Below are positions 37,866 to 47,778 of a stretch of DNA of 64,000 nucleotides, one piece after another. The stretch is from an uncultured Verrucomicrobiota bacterium (GTDB lineage Bacteria; Verrucomicrobiota; Verrucomicrobiia; Limisphaerales; UBA9464), in assembly GCA_964525755.1 (NCBI GenBank), contig CAZGIK010000003.1:50279-114278 (forward strand), read 5' to 3'. The position numbers and the translations under genes are program-made. Positions within the stretch are counted from its first letter, which is position 1. The number at the start of each line of letters is the position of its first letter. Under the pieces are notes generated by a model. The model was not told the origin of the DNA, searched no databases, and saw nothing but the letters and a program-made list of their open reading frames with translations.

Positions 37866-39146
37866 TCAGGCGCGGACGGGGGCCGGTCGGCCGGTGCCGA
37901 GGAGCCGCGGGCTGGGCTCCATCAGCGGGAGCCAGAGCCGGAAGGTGGTGCCCTGGTGGACGCGGCTGTCCATCTCGACCCGGCCGCCGTGGTCGCGGAT
38001 GATCCGCTGGACGATCATCAGGCCAAGGCCGGTGCCCTTCTCCTTGGTGGTGTAGAAGGGTTGGAAGATCCGCTGGAGCTGCTCCGGGGGGATGCCGCCC
38101 CCGGTGTCGGTGATGGAGAGCCAGACCGCGTCCGGGGTGGCGCCGGAGGCGAGGGTGAGGCGTCCGCCGCGCTGCATGGCCTGCATGGCGTTCTTGATGA
38201 GGTTGACCAGCACCTGCTTGATCTGGGCGGGGTCGCACCGGGCGGCGGGGAGGCGGGGCGCCAGGCGGTCCTCGACCTCCAGGCCCCGGTTGTCGAGCTC
38301 GGGGCGGAGCAGGTCGAGCGTGGCGCGGGCGACGTCGTTGAGGACGGCCGCCTCGAACCGCGGGGGCGTGGGACGGAGGGCCTGGAGGAACTCGGTGATG
38401 ATGTAGTCCAGGCGCCCGATCTCCCCCTGGGCCACGTCGAGGTAGCCGTCCATGCGTCCGGCCAGTTCCAGCACCTCGTCGGTCCCCATCGTGTCCCCCC
38501 CGGGGCGTCCGGAGCGGCCGTCGGCGGATGCGGTGCCGCACAGGAGGCGGAGGCGCTTGATCTCGCGGGTCAGGAGCTGGAGGTGGATGTGGATGGCGTT
38601 GAGGGGATTCCCGATCTCGTGCGCGACGCTGGCGGCGAGGAGGGTGAGGGCGTGGAGGCGTTCGCTCTCGATGACCTCGGAGGTCTGCTGGCGCAGCTCG
38701 GTCTGGTCGTGGACGATGAGGACCACGCCGTCCGTGCCGTCGCGTCCGCCGGCCAGCGGGGTGGCGAGGACGCGGAGGAAGCGCGGGCGGGGGTATTCCA
38801 CCTCCAGTTCCGTCCGGTACACCCCGCGGTTCTCCCCGGGGTCGCCCTGCCGCAGCCGGTCCCAGTCGAGCCCGGGCAGGAAGCGTCCGATCGGCAGCCC
38901 CTCCGCGCCGTCCGCCGGCACGCCGACCAGTCCCGGGGCGGCCTGGTTGGCGTAGAGGATCCGTCCGTCCGCATCCAGCACCAGCACGCCGTCGGCGATC
39001 GAGTTGAACACCGTCTCGAGGAACGCCCGCTCGCGGGCCAGTTGCTGGACGACCGTCTGGAGCCCCTCCGGATCGATCCGGCCGATCCGGCCCAGGACCT
39101 TGTCGAGGAAGCTCGACTTGCCCGACGCCTTGCGCTTCACAGCCAT
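37866..39146 (-). CDS. Soluble PAS-domain sensor histidine kinase
   Basis: PAS (VFNSIADGVLVLD..ILYANQAA); AHEIGNPL; QVLVNLIKNA; DTGGGI; FYTTKEKGTGLGL; no TM helix seen. Confidence 0.92.
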   Translation of the reverse strand: MAVKRKASGKSSFLDKVLGRIGRIDPEGLQTVVQQLARERAFLETVFNSIADGVLVLDADGRILYANQAAPGLVGVPADGAEGLPIGRFLPGLDWDRLRQGDPGENRGVYRTELEVEYPRPRFLRVLATPLAGGRDGTDGVVLIVHDQTELRQQTSEVIESERLHALTLLAASVAHEIGNPLNAIHIHLQLLTREIKRLRLLCGTASADGRSGRPGGDTMGTDEVLELAGRMDGYLDVAQGEIGRLDYIITEFLQALRPTPPRFEAAVLNDVARATLDLLRPELDNRGLEVEDRLAPRLPAARCDPAQIKQVLVNLIKNAMQAMQRGGRLTLASGATPDAVWLSITDTGGGIPPEQLQRIFQPFYTTKEKGTGLGLMIVQRIIRDHGGRVEMDSRVHQGTTFRLWLPLMEPSPRLLGTGRPAPVRA

Positions 39147-40135
39147 TTCTTGCGCTTGAAGTAGAAGACGGTGAGGGCGGTGAGAACGGCGGTGAGCCCC
39201 GTCACGAACCAGTAGCCGTGGCGCCAGTGGATCTCCGGGGTGTGCTGGAAGTTCATCCCGTACCAGCTGGCGATGACGGTCGCCGGGGTGGTGATCACCG
39301 TGATGATGGTGAGGAGCTTCACCACCTCGCTGGTGCGGTTGGAGGAGAGGTTGAGGTAGATCTGGAGGATGCCGGTGATGGAGTCGATGTACCCCTGGGC
39401 CAGCTCGGAGATGCGGAACAGTCCGTCGTAGACGTCGCGGTAGTACGGCACGAGGTGGGCGCGGATGAGCTTGAACTCGCCGCGGGCGAACCGGGCGAGG
39501 ACCTCGCGCTGGGGGCCGATGATCTGGCGCAGGTGATGGACCTCCTTCTTCACCTGGATCAGCCGCTGGAGGGTCTGGGGTTCGGGATGCTGGAGGACGT
39601 CGTCCTCGAGGTCGGAGATCTCGAGGCTGAGTTCGTCCAGCGCCGGCTTGTAGTGTTCCACCAGGGCGTCGAGGAGGGCGTGGGCGACGCGGTCGGGGGC
39701 CCGGGCGACGTGCACCGTGCTCTTCAGGCAGCGTTCCTCGGTCTGCTGGATCGGCCGCAGGGGGACGGGGTGGTAGGTGACGAGGAAGTTCTTCCCGAGG
39801 AAGAAGTTCAGTTCGCTGGTGGCGAACACGCCGTCCTTGCGGCTGTAGTCGACCGCGTGGATGACCATGAACAGGTAGGGGGCGAAATGGTCGTCCTCCT
39901 TCGGCTCGTAGGTCTCCACCTTGGGCGACTGGCTCAGGTTGATGCAGTCGTCGATCGACAGGGGGTGGAAATGGAAGACGCCCTCGAGGATCTGGCGGGT
40001 TTCCTCCGGGGTGGCCGCCTCGAGATCGACCCAGAGGAACAGGTTGGTGTCCGCCAGGAGGGTCGGCATGAGGAACACCTCGATGTCGCGGCTGTGCAAC
40101 CGGCCCTGGGTGGTGAAGGCGAACGAGCGGATCAT
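39137..40135 (-). CDS. corA: Magnesium/cobalt transporter CorA
   Basis: FLWVDL; FHFHPLSIDDC; PKVETY; C-terminal IASWYGMNF (GMN signature) and two TM helices. Confidence 0.93.
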   Translation of the reverse strand: MIRSFAFTTQGRLHSRDIEVFLMPTLLADTNLFLWVDLEAATPEETRQILEGVFHFHPLSIDDCINLSQSPKVETYEPKEDDHFAPYLFMVIHAVDYSRKDGVFATSELNFFLGKNFLVTYHPVPLRPIQQTEERCLKSTVHVARAPDRVAHALLDALVEHYKPALDELSLEISDLEDDVLQHPEPQTLQRLIQVKKEVHHLRQIIGPQREVLARFARGEFKLIRAHLVPYYRDVYDGLFRISELAQGYIDSITGILQIYLNLSSNRTSEVVKLLTIITVITTPATVIASWYGMNFQHTPEIHWRHGYWFVTGLTAVLTALTVFYFKRKKWL

Positions 40136-40192
40136 GAGCGGCGGGCTCAGAGTCGCGAAAGCGGACGGGCGGGGCAAGACACCACGGCGTCC

Positions 40193-41460
40193 TCCGGAGC
40201 GCCGAGCTCCTGCGAGGCGGGGGCACGGCGGGGAGAACCCGTATTCATCCGCAGATTTCGCCGATTTCCGCAGATGCCGGGAGGCTCCGGAGCAGGGGAG
40301 GGAGAACGACAACAAAGGGTGCGAAGGGGCGAAGATCAGGGATGCCTTCCCTCGTTCGGGGCCCTGCGGCCCGCTGCCTGCGATTCCCCGCAGCCGCGGC
40401 CGTCAGGCCGCGGGTCCGTGCCCCGGAGCGTTGCCGCCGATGGCCGTTCGTGTTCTTCGTAGCGGCGGCCGTTAGGCCGCCGTGCCCCCTGCTTCCTTCG
40501 AGCCGCGCTGCCGCTTCGGGTGGGTCCCTCGTAGCCGCGGCCGATAGGCCGGCGGTCCGCTCCTCGAAGCTCCACCGCTCATCGCCGCTCGCATTCCTCC
40601 GCGTCTCAGCGCCTCCGCGGGAAAAAAGTCTCTTCCTCCCACTTCCCTCTGAGTGCCGAAGGGGTCAAAGCCCGCTTTTGACACAAGCGGCTGGAGCCTG
40701 GGCCTGCTTGAGCCCGTGGGCGGACGCCACGGCGAGCCGGACGCTGGACACGGCGGGGCGGATGACCGGGTTGACCGTGGAGGGGACTGCCTGTGGTTGG
40801 GCGTCGGTCCCTGCCGGGACCGAACCGCTCGCGGGAGCTCGCGGCTCCGGATGGGCGCGGAGGCACCTGCGGCAACCCGGCTCTTCTCCGCGCGGGGTCG
40901 GGGTCGGAATCGGAATCGATCTCCCTCCACCCGGCCCCTCTTCGCCTTCTTCCGGAGCGCCGAGCTCCTGCGAGGCGGGGGCAAAAGGGCGAAGGTCGTC
41001 GATCCGGTAGTTCTCTCCGTGTCTCCGTGCCCCTGTGAGAGATCGCCTCAGGGCTGATTCCGGATGGGCCTCACACAGCGACACGAAGACACGGAGGGGA
41101 TGCCGGGAGCGGAGCGGGGCGGTGGCGAGGCGCCGGGGACCGCGGATTATCATCCGCAGCTACGGGGCGTCGCGCGGATCTGGACTGGCGTGGGACGGGG
41201 CTCGCGGGGACGCCCGCGCCACCGCAGGTGGGCCCGGGGCCTGGAGGCAGCACCGGCCGTCTCATGACCGCCGCCACTCATGCGGGTGGGGAGGGTTTGG
41301 CCGTCGGTCCCTTTCGGGACCGAACCGCTCGCGGGAGCTCGCGGCTCCGGATGCGCGCGGAGGCGCGAGGCTCCCGCCGCCCGTAGCCGCGGCCGATAGG
41401 CCGCCGGTCACCACTTCCTCAGAGCTCCACCGCCCGTGGCGGTCCGTGTTCCTCCGCGTT
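40193..41460. repeat. Largest cluster of the modular palindromic repeat (empty unit plus additional modules)
   Basis: tccggagcgccgagctcctgcgaggcgggggc at 40193 and 40951 (758 bp apart); GTAG hairpins at 40459, 40531, 41383; 38-mer at 40816 and 41316; gtcaaa..tttgac hairpin at 40664-40683. Confidence 0.92.
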
Positions 41461-41538
41461 CTCCGAGAGGCACCGGGGGCGTGCGCAGGGAGGGAGCCAT
41501 TGACGAGCGGGCAGGTGAGGCGAAGCGTTGCCTGGCGA

Positions 41539-42516
41539 ATGATTTCCGGGGAACTCAACACCGACGTGCTGGTCGTTGGCGCGGGCATGGCGGGATTGAT
41601 GGCTGCCGCCGAACTGCAGCAGGCCGGCCGGTCGGTCCGGGTTCTCGACAAGGGACGCGGGGTCGGCGGACGCCTCGCCAGCCGCAGGATCGACGGGGTC
41701 ACGTTTGACCACGGGGCCCAGTGCCTCACCACCCGCGATTCCCGCCTCGCGGTCGGAACGTGGCGCGATCGTTTGGGCGATGTGCTGGTGGCATGGCGCC
41801 CGGGATCGACCGCGGAGGACCGGGAACGCTGCCACTGGCGCGGGAAACCCTCCATGTCCGCGGTGGCCAAGCATCTGGCGCGCGGGTTGGAGGTGCATCT
41901 GGAAGCCGTTGTGACGGGCCTGTGTCGGGACGGAGACCGGTGGAGCGCCACCACCGCCAGCGGCGCCACCTTCTCCGCCCGGGCCGTGGTGCTCACGCCG
42001 CCGGTGCCCCAGTCGCTCGCGTTGCTCGACGCGGGCGGCGTGCCGATCGCAACCGAACTCCGTTCCCGGCTGACCGCGATCGAATACGATCGGTGCCTCG
42101 CGGTGATGGCCCTGCTGGACGGGCCGTCCCGCGTCCCTCCTCCGGGTGGCGTGGCGCCGACCTCGGGTCCCATTGCCTGGATCACCGACAACCTGCTGAA
42201 GGGAATCTCGTCGGAACCGGCCGTGACCCTGCATACGACTCCCGGGTTCAGCGCGAAACACTGGGATCGCGATCGGCAGGAGAGCGGGCGAGTCCTGCTC
42301 GACGCGGGTGCGGAGTGGCTGGGCGCCGGGGTTCGGACGTTTCAGGTGCACGGTTGGCGGTACAGCCGGCCGCGGGTCCTTGATCCGGACCGTTGCCGGG
42401 TCGTCGATGCGTCGGGGTCGTTGATCCTGGCGGGGGACGCCTTCGGATGCGGGGGAGTCGAGGGAGCCGCCTTGTCCGGGTTGGCGGCGGCGGAATCGAT
42501 TCTGCAGGCTTGGTGA
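41539..42516 (+). CDS. FAD/NAD(P)-dependent oxidoreductase, renalase-like
   Basis: VVGAGMAGL..VLDKGRGVGGRLASRR; FDHGAQ; HGWRYSRP; LAGDAFG..VEGAALSG. Confidence 0.88.
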   Translation: MISGELNTDVLVVGAGMAGLMAAAELQQAGRSVRVLDKGRGVGGRLASRRIDGVTFDHGAQCLTTRDSRLAVGTWRDRLGDVLVAWRPGSTAEDRERCHWRGKPSMSAVAKHLARGLEVHLEAVVTGLCRDGDRWSATTASGATFSARAVVLTPPVPQSLALLDAGGVPIATELRSRLTAIEYDRCLAVMALLDGPSRVPPPGGVAPTSGPIAWITDNLLKGISSEPAVTLHTTPGFSAKHWDRDRQESGRVLLDAGAEWLGAGVRTFQVHGWRYSRPRVLDPDRCRVVDASGSLILAGDAFGCGGVEGAALSGLAAAESILQAW

Positions 42517-42563
42517 TGGTTGACCGCACGCCGGGCGGGTGCACCGGTGGAGCGGGAATGAAG
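42516..42563 (+). repeat. 48-bp direct repeat, copy 1 (copy 2 at 44154-44201)
   Basis: atggttgaccgcacgccgggcgggtgcaccggtggagcgggaatgaag versus atggttgaccggacgcgggttgggtgcaccggtggaacgggaatgaag; 43/48 identical. Confidence 0.85.
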
Positions 42564-42572
42564 GGGAGGACA

Positions 42573-42878
42573 GAAGGGGTCAACGCCCGTTTTTTGCACA
42601 AGTGGCTGGAACCCGCACCCGCTTGAGGCCCGTGGTGACCGTGCGGGGGCCTGCCCGTCGTTGGGCATCGGTCCCTTCCGGGACCGAACCGCTCGCAGGA
42701 GCTCGCGGCTCCGGATGGGCGCGGAGGCGCCGGCGGCAACCTGGCGCCCATCCCTCCCTCCGGGGATCGGATCGGAGTCGACCTCCCCACGTTCCCTTCC
42801 ATCAGCCCGGTTTTCCGGAGCGCCGAGCTCCTGTGAGGCGGGGGCGCCGGGGCGGAAGGGAACCTTCATCCGCAGATG
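42573..42878. repeat. Further copy of the modular palindromic repeat
   Basis: gaaggggtcaacgccc; tcggtccc-ttcc-gggaccga hairpin; 38-mer with one change at 42680; ggagcgccgagctcc module at 42814; catccgcagat. Confidence 0.88.
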
Positions 42879-42893
42879 AGGGGGCGGCCGGCA

Positions 42894-43979
42894 TCAGGCG
42901 GACGGCGGGAAGACCCACAGTGCCGGACGTCCGACGTTGCAGTGAACCGCCCGGCCCAGCGGTGTGAATGCCGCCCAGGAGTAGTAGAGATTGTTCCGGG
43001 CCAGATTGCCGGCGACGAACCCGGTGTGTGGTCGGGCGAGAGAGCGCAGGCGGATCCGGGCCGCCGGGATCGGGTAGAAGATGTTCTGGAGGACGGCCCG
43101 GGGGTTGCCGTCCTCGCCGATGATCCCGGGGAATCGCCGGATCCAAGTTCCCGCATCCAGACCGGCCGCGGCGGCCCCCCGGTCGGCTGCGAGGACGACA
43201 GCCCGGCTCAGAGCCGGAAGCACGAGCAGGCTGATGAAGGTCCAGAGGGTCATCCAGCAGGCGAGCCCGATCAACGCGAGGCCGGTGGGCAGCGCTGCAA
43301 GACCGAACGCCATCGTGCCGAGGAGGGAGCCGGCCAGGTTCCAGAGAAGCAGCATGAGGAATGCGCGGAGGTGCAACGCCTGTCCGATCTGCCAACGGCG
43401 TCGGAACAGTTCGACCTCCAGCTCCGGCCGCGGCAATCGCTCCCGCCAGCTCTCTGGCAGAAGGACCTCGGCCCGACGGCCCAGTCCGATGATGCCACCG
43501 GTGAAGGCCGGATCGTCCACCGCCTGGAACAACACCGCCGCCCCGCCGGTGCAATTCCCCGGTCGGAGGGGAGCCCCGACGATGGCGCGGTGGAGGAACC
43601 CGCGTCCGAATGCCATCCCGAGCATCGAGACCGCCAGACCCATCCCGAAGCCGCCGGTCCAACGCAGGCTCAGCGCCCCGAGGCTGCCAATCCCGACGAG
43701 GACCAGTGAGTGCACCGCGACGCCGCGGATCCATCGGCGAAGGAACGTGGAGCGTCTCCGGCGGGGCGGCGGCATCAGAATCCATCCGCCCACCGCATCG
43801 AACACCGCCTGCACTCCCAACACGCCGAGGGCGATGGCCCACGGGTGGACCGCGGCAAGCCCGTCGCGTTGGGTCCTCAGCACCACGAGTCCGGCGACCG
43901 CCGTGATGACCCAGAATCCCACGTTCGTGATGCCCAGCCGCAATCGACGCCGGGCCAGGGAGGATTGCTCCGATGTCAG
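42894..43979 (-). CDS. Membrane protein with degenerate M48 (Ste24/HtpX)-like fold; probable CTG start
   Basis: About 7 hydrophobic helices; PAFTGGIIG..VLLP..ELEVELFRRRW and LSRAVVLAADRGA align by eye to M48 motifs; GGAGG lies 7 nt upstream of CTG at 43979. Confidence 0.6.
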   Translation of the reverse strand: MTSEQSSLARRRLRLGITNVGFWVITAVAGLVVLRTQRDGLAAVHPWAIALGVLGVQAVFDAVGGWILMPPPRRRRSTFLRRWIRGVAVHSLVLVGIGSLGALSLRWTGGFGMGLAVSMLGMAFGRGFLHRAIVGAPLRPGNCTGGAAVLFQAVDDPAFTGGIIGLGRRAEVLLPESWRERLPRPELEVELFRRRWQIGQALHLRAFLMLLLWNLAGSLLGTMAFGLAALPTGLALIGLACWMTLWTFISLLVLPALSRAVVLAADRGAAAAGLDAGTWIRRFPGIIGEDGNPRAVLQNIFYPIPAARIRLRSLARPHTGFVAGNLARNNLYYSWAAFTPLGRAVHCNVGRPALWVFPPSA

Positions 43980-44195
43980 TTCGCCGCCTCCGTGGACCCC
44001 GTCCGCAGGGGGCACGCCGGGTTTCGGGGACGACGTCGGTGAGGACCCCGGGGGCCGGGTGTCGACGCCGATCGAACCTGCTGGAGCCTGAAGCGCTGCC
44101 ACCCGGCCAACGTTCCGCGGTTGGTCGGAACTGCAACCGGGGACGGGGGGTGCATGGTTGACCGGACGCGGGTTGGGTGCACCGGTGGAACGGGA

Positions 44196-44375
44196 ATGAA
44201 GAAGGCCGATCTGCCCACCAAGATCTGTGTCGCCTGTGCCCGACCCTTCGCCTGGCGCAAGAAGTGGGAGCGGGATTGGGATCATGTCCGGTACTGCTCC
44301 GACGCCTGCCGTCGCGGGGTCCATCCGCTGGCCTGTCGCACGACCGGGCGCGCGCCGCATTCGGGAAGGTCCTGA
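44196..44375 (+). CDS. DUF2256 small zinc-finger-like protein
   Basis: [40 protein letters not shown]. Confidence 0.9.
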   Translation: MKKADLPTKICVACARPFAWRKKWERDWDHVRYCSDACRRGVHPLACRTTGRAPHSGRS

Positions 44376-44422
44376 TCCTGCAGGCGACTTGCGGAGGCGC
44401 GGATTCGACGCTTTCTAGCGGG

Positions 44423-46051
44423 GTGCGGATCCGTTCGGCCCGGACGCTTCGTGGCGTCCTTGTTTCCCTTCGACTCGGTTGGCTGTTGCTCTCCGTGGCA
44501 ACCGGCCGGGCTCCGGCGTGCGGAGCGGCAGTTGCCGGACAGCCCCGGGATGAGTCCGCAGCCCTCTTCGACGAGCCCCTGGTGGTCCTGGATATCACCC
44601 TCAAACCGGAGGACTGGGAGGCCCTCTCGCTGCAGACCCTGGAGGAGCCGAAGCTCCATGCCGAATCCACGGTGCGTTGGGGGGATCGCACCTGGAAGAA
44701 CGTCGGCATCAAGCTCAAGGGGTCCTACGGGAGTTTCCAACCGGCCGCGGAGCGTCCCGGCCTGACCCTCGACTTCGACAAGTTCAAGGGATGCCGCCCC
44801 TTCGTGGGGTTGACCAAGTTGCATCTGAACAACGGCGCCCAGGACGAATCCCGCCTCCATGAATGGCTGGGCGGTGAGCTGGCGCGGGCTGCCGGCGTGC
44901 CCGCGGGCCGCTGCACCCATGCCTGGCTGCGACTGCAGGGCGTCGACCGCGGGGTGTACGTGGTTCGGGAGGCTTTCACCCCGGAGATGCTTTCGGCGTG
45001 GTTCGGTCCACCGGGCCGCGGGGAGCTTCATGATCCCGGGCGCGGCGGGGACCTGGACCCGCACATGAAGCGGCGCGGTGGCAACGCGGACTCCGACGGA
45101 AGCCTGGGCGCCCTCATCGACGCCTGCGGGCGGGCCGATCCGGCGGACCGGGCGACCGCCCTCGCCGCGGCCCTGGACATCGGGGCCTTCACCGCCTTCA
45201 CCGCGGCCGAGGTGCTCCTGGGCCATTGGGACGGCTACGCGCTGGCGGCCAACAACTACCGGGCCTACCGACGGCCGCAGGACGGCCGCTTCGTGTTCCT
45301 CGCCCATGGGATGGACCAGATTCTCGGCGACCCCGATGCCCCGCTGTTCACGGACTTCCAGGGCATGGTCGCCGGGGCCTTGCGGGAGATCCCGGGGCAG
45401 TCGCACGCCTGGGCTGCGGAGCTGCGTCGGCAGGTGGACACCGTGTGGAGCCGGGAAGGCTGGGAGGGTCGGATCCGAGCCCGTGCATCGATGCTGGCGG
45501 CCGCCGTGGAGGTGCACGACCCGGACCAAGCGTCGACCCTGCGCGAGCTCGGGGCGGATCTTGCCCGTCGGTTTGGGGAACGCCTGGCGTTCGCCCGTCC
45601 GGCCACCCGCACGTCTCCGCGGGCTCTTGCCCATGCCCGATCAGGCCCGGTTCTCCTCGCGGACGGCTGGCATCCCGACCGTGATCCGCATCCGGAGATG
45701 GTTTTCCAGGTGCCGACCGACACCGATCGCACCTGGCGCCTGGGTGCGGAGCGCCCCGGGGTGGGATCGTGGCGTCAGACGCTGGATCTGCCCCCCGGCC
45801 GGTACCGGTTCTCGGCGCGGGTCACGACCTCCGGGGTCTCGGTCGAGGACTTCGAGTCACCGCGCGGGGCCGGGTTGCGGGTGTTGGGAGGGGAGGTCCG
45901 ATCCCGCTCCTGGGTCCGTGGCAACCGGCGCGAGCGGCAGTGCCGGCTGGAGTTCGAGGCCAGTGGCCCGGTCTGCCTCCTGCTCGAGCTGCGTGCGGGA
46001 TCCGGCGTGGCCGGATTCGACGCGGATTCCTTGTGGCTGGAACCGCGGTGA
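44423..46051 (+). CDS. CotH kinase family protein
   Basis: VGIKLKGSYGSF; LTLDFDKF; KLHLNN..QDESRLHE; GVYVVRE; HWDGY..NNYR; FLAHGMDQ. Start approximate. Confidence 0.82.
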   Translation: MRIRSARTLRGVLVSLRLGWLLLSVATGRAPACGAAVAGQPRDESAALFDEPLVVLDITLKPEDWEALSLQTLEEPKLHAESTVRWGDRTWKNVGIKLKGSYGSFQPAAERPGLTLDFDKFKGCRPFVGLTKLHLNNGAQDESRLHEWLGGELARAAGVPAGRCTHAWLRLQGVDRGVYVVREAFTPEMLSAWFGPPGRGELHDPGRGGDLDPHMKRRGGNADSDGSLGALIDACGRADPADRATALAAALDIGAFTAFTAAEVLLGHWDGYALAANNYRAYRRPQDGRFVFLAHGMDQILGDPDAPLFTDFQGMVAGALREIPGQSHAWAAELRRQVDTVWSREGWEGRIRARASMLAAAVEVHDPDQASTLRELGADLARRFGERLAFARPATRTSPRALAHARSGPVLLADGWHPDRDPHPEMVFQVPTDTDRTWRLGAERPGVGSWRQTLDLPPGRYRFSARVTTSGVSVEDFESPRGAGLRVLGGEVRSRSWVRGNRRERQCRLEFEASGPVCLLLELRAGSGVAGFDADSLWLEPR

Positions 46052-46070
46052 GGACGTGTCCTTACGACCC

Positions 46071-46898
46071 TCAGCCGGGAGTCGTCCCGTCCCCGTCCGG
46101 GGTCCGGAAGCCTGCCAGGCCCTTGTAGCGGGCCACCTCCGGCGGCAGCGTCCGCAGCATCCGCCGGAAGGCCTCCCCGGCGCCGGTCGCCGCGAGCACT
46201 TCCCGCAGCGGCCACACCCGAACGTGGATCAGGAACAACAGCGTCCGTCCACCGGGTCCGCATCGCAGGAACGCCTGCTCCTCCAGACGGAACCATGCCG
46301 ATTCCGGACCCAGTCCGTCCAACCGCGCCCGGCCGCGGGATGGATGCAGGTCCAGTTCCCCGCTGGCGGCGAGGCCCCAGTTCTCCCGCTCGTACACGCG
46401 GTCGGGCTCCAGTTGATCGAGAAACCGCGCGATCCTGGGTCCCAGTTCCCGGTTCAAGCCCGGTACCGGGGCATGAACCTCCGCCAGACCCTTCCCCACC
46501 TTCTCCCGTGGATCCCACCCGCTCGGGAAACACACGCTGCCCCCGGCGAACACGAACCCGTCCGCATCGTGCTCCAGAAGGACGAAGTCCGGAGCCCATC
46601 GTTTCGACACCTCCAACGCCCGTTCCCGCGGCGTCCCTGCCGGGATGGAACGGGTCAGGGCACCGTCCAGGACACCTTCCGCATCGCTCCAGAGCCGATC
46701 CGCCGCCTCCGTCCACACGAAGACCTCGTCCCGCCGTTCCGCCAGGAGTTGACCCCGCTCCCCGAGTATTCCGGGGCCGGGTTCGCCCCGCTCCAGCCAT
46801 CCGGTACGACCCGGCCGGAGGTGGAATCGGAACGCGAAGGAATCGCCCGCGAACAGCCGGCCCAGACCGGTCCACGGCGGGCACGGGCCATAAGTCAT
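46071..46898 (-). CDS. DUF3445 / heme-dependent oxidative N-demethylase alpha-subunit family protein
   Basis: PDFVLLE..GGSVCFPSGWDPREKVG..EVHAPVPGLN..YERENWG..FRLEEQ. Confidence 0.8.
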   Translation of the reverse strand: MTYGPCPPWTGLGRLFAGDSFAFRFHLRPGRTGWLERGEPGPGILGERGQLLAERRDEVFVWTEAADRLWSDAEGVLDGALTRSIPAGTPRERALEVSKRWAPDFVLLEHDADGFVFAGGSVCFPSGWDPREKVGKGLAEVHAPVPGLNRELGPRIARFLDQLEPDRVYERENWGLAASGELDLHPSRGRARLDGLGPESAWFRLEEQAFLRCGPGGRTLLFLIHVRVWPLREVLAATGAGEAFRRMLRTLPPEVARYKGLAGFRTPDGDGTTPG

Positions 46899-47146
46899 CC
46901 GCCCGGATGCAGGTTCACCGGGTGCCATGGGTCAATGGGGGGTGCGCTCCGACCGCAGCCATTCGGATTGGCCGAGCGGTCCCCCCGAGAGCCGAATCCT
47001 TCGGAGCCTCCGGGCCGTCAGCAGTATCCATGCGTCAGGCTCGGTTGTGTCGGCTGGATCATACGGCCCGGCTTGGAATGGATTCGGCCGCCATCCCCTA
47101 CGGGCTGTCGCGACGTCTCTCGATGAAAAGCGGTGGGAAACTCGGG

Positions 47147-47410
47147 TCAACGCCGGTTGTAGATTTCGCGACGATGGCCGACGTAGTGAAGGAAGATGCG
47201 GCCGGCCGCCAGGTCGAACTCGTAGAGCACGCGGTAATCTCCGACCCGCAGCTTGAATTCAGGCCGGCCAGCCAGGCGTTGGTGAGGAAACGAATCCAAC
47301 CGCGAGCCCATGTCGTCCACCCTGCTCTGAACCGAGGTGCGGGTGTCGGCTGGAAGCGCGTCGAAGGACCGAACAAAGATTGCCGACCAGATTTGGAGCG
47401 CGGCCGCCAC
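47147..47410 (-). CDS. RelE/ParE-family type II toxin
   Basis: FKLRVGDYRVLYEFD..LHYVGHRREIY. Confidence 0.88.
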   Translation of the reverse strand: MAAALQIWSAIFVRSFDALPADTRTSVQSRVDDMGSRLDSFPHQRLAGRPEFKLRVGDYRVLYEFDLAAGRIFLHYVGHRREIYNRR

Positions 47411-47416
47411 CGCGGA

Positions 47417-47602
47417 TCAAGGCTGGCGGGTGATGAAATGGCCGGTCGCGATCTCTCGACGCGATTGATCCAGCCTTTCTTTGACTTCATCCGACAGTTC
47501 CAACTGGTCCTCCAAGTAGTCGGCGATCCAAGCCTGGAGGGCTTCAATCTCCTCGCGCTTCAGCCTGGGAATGGCCGCCTCGATCTCTTGAACTGTGCTC
47601 AT
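47417..47602 (-). CDS. Putative antitoxin of the RelE module
   Basis: 61-aa acidic protein MSTVQEIEAAI..LSDEVKERLDQSRREIA, directly upstream of the toxin. Confidence 0.72.
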   Translation of the reverse strand: MSTVQEIEAAIPRLKREEIEALQAWIADYLEDQLELSDEVKERLDQSRREIATGHFITRQP

Positions 47603-47778
47603 GGGAAAGACTTAAACGGCGGCTTCTCCTCCGGCAAGCCTCCCGGTTCTTCCCTCTGGAACCTCGCGGAGCAACGCCGGGTTGTGGCACAGAACGGCCG
47701 CGGCGATGAGCGGAAGAATCCGTCGACCCGTCCGCAGGCGACGGAGGACTCACCTCGGAGTTACCCGACAGCTCCAAG

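Noticed and set aside
40193-41460. Possible CRISPR array
   Set aside because: The repeats differ in type, orientation and spacing, with no constant-length unique spacers and no cas genes.
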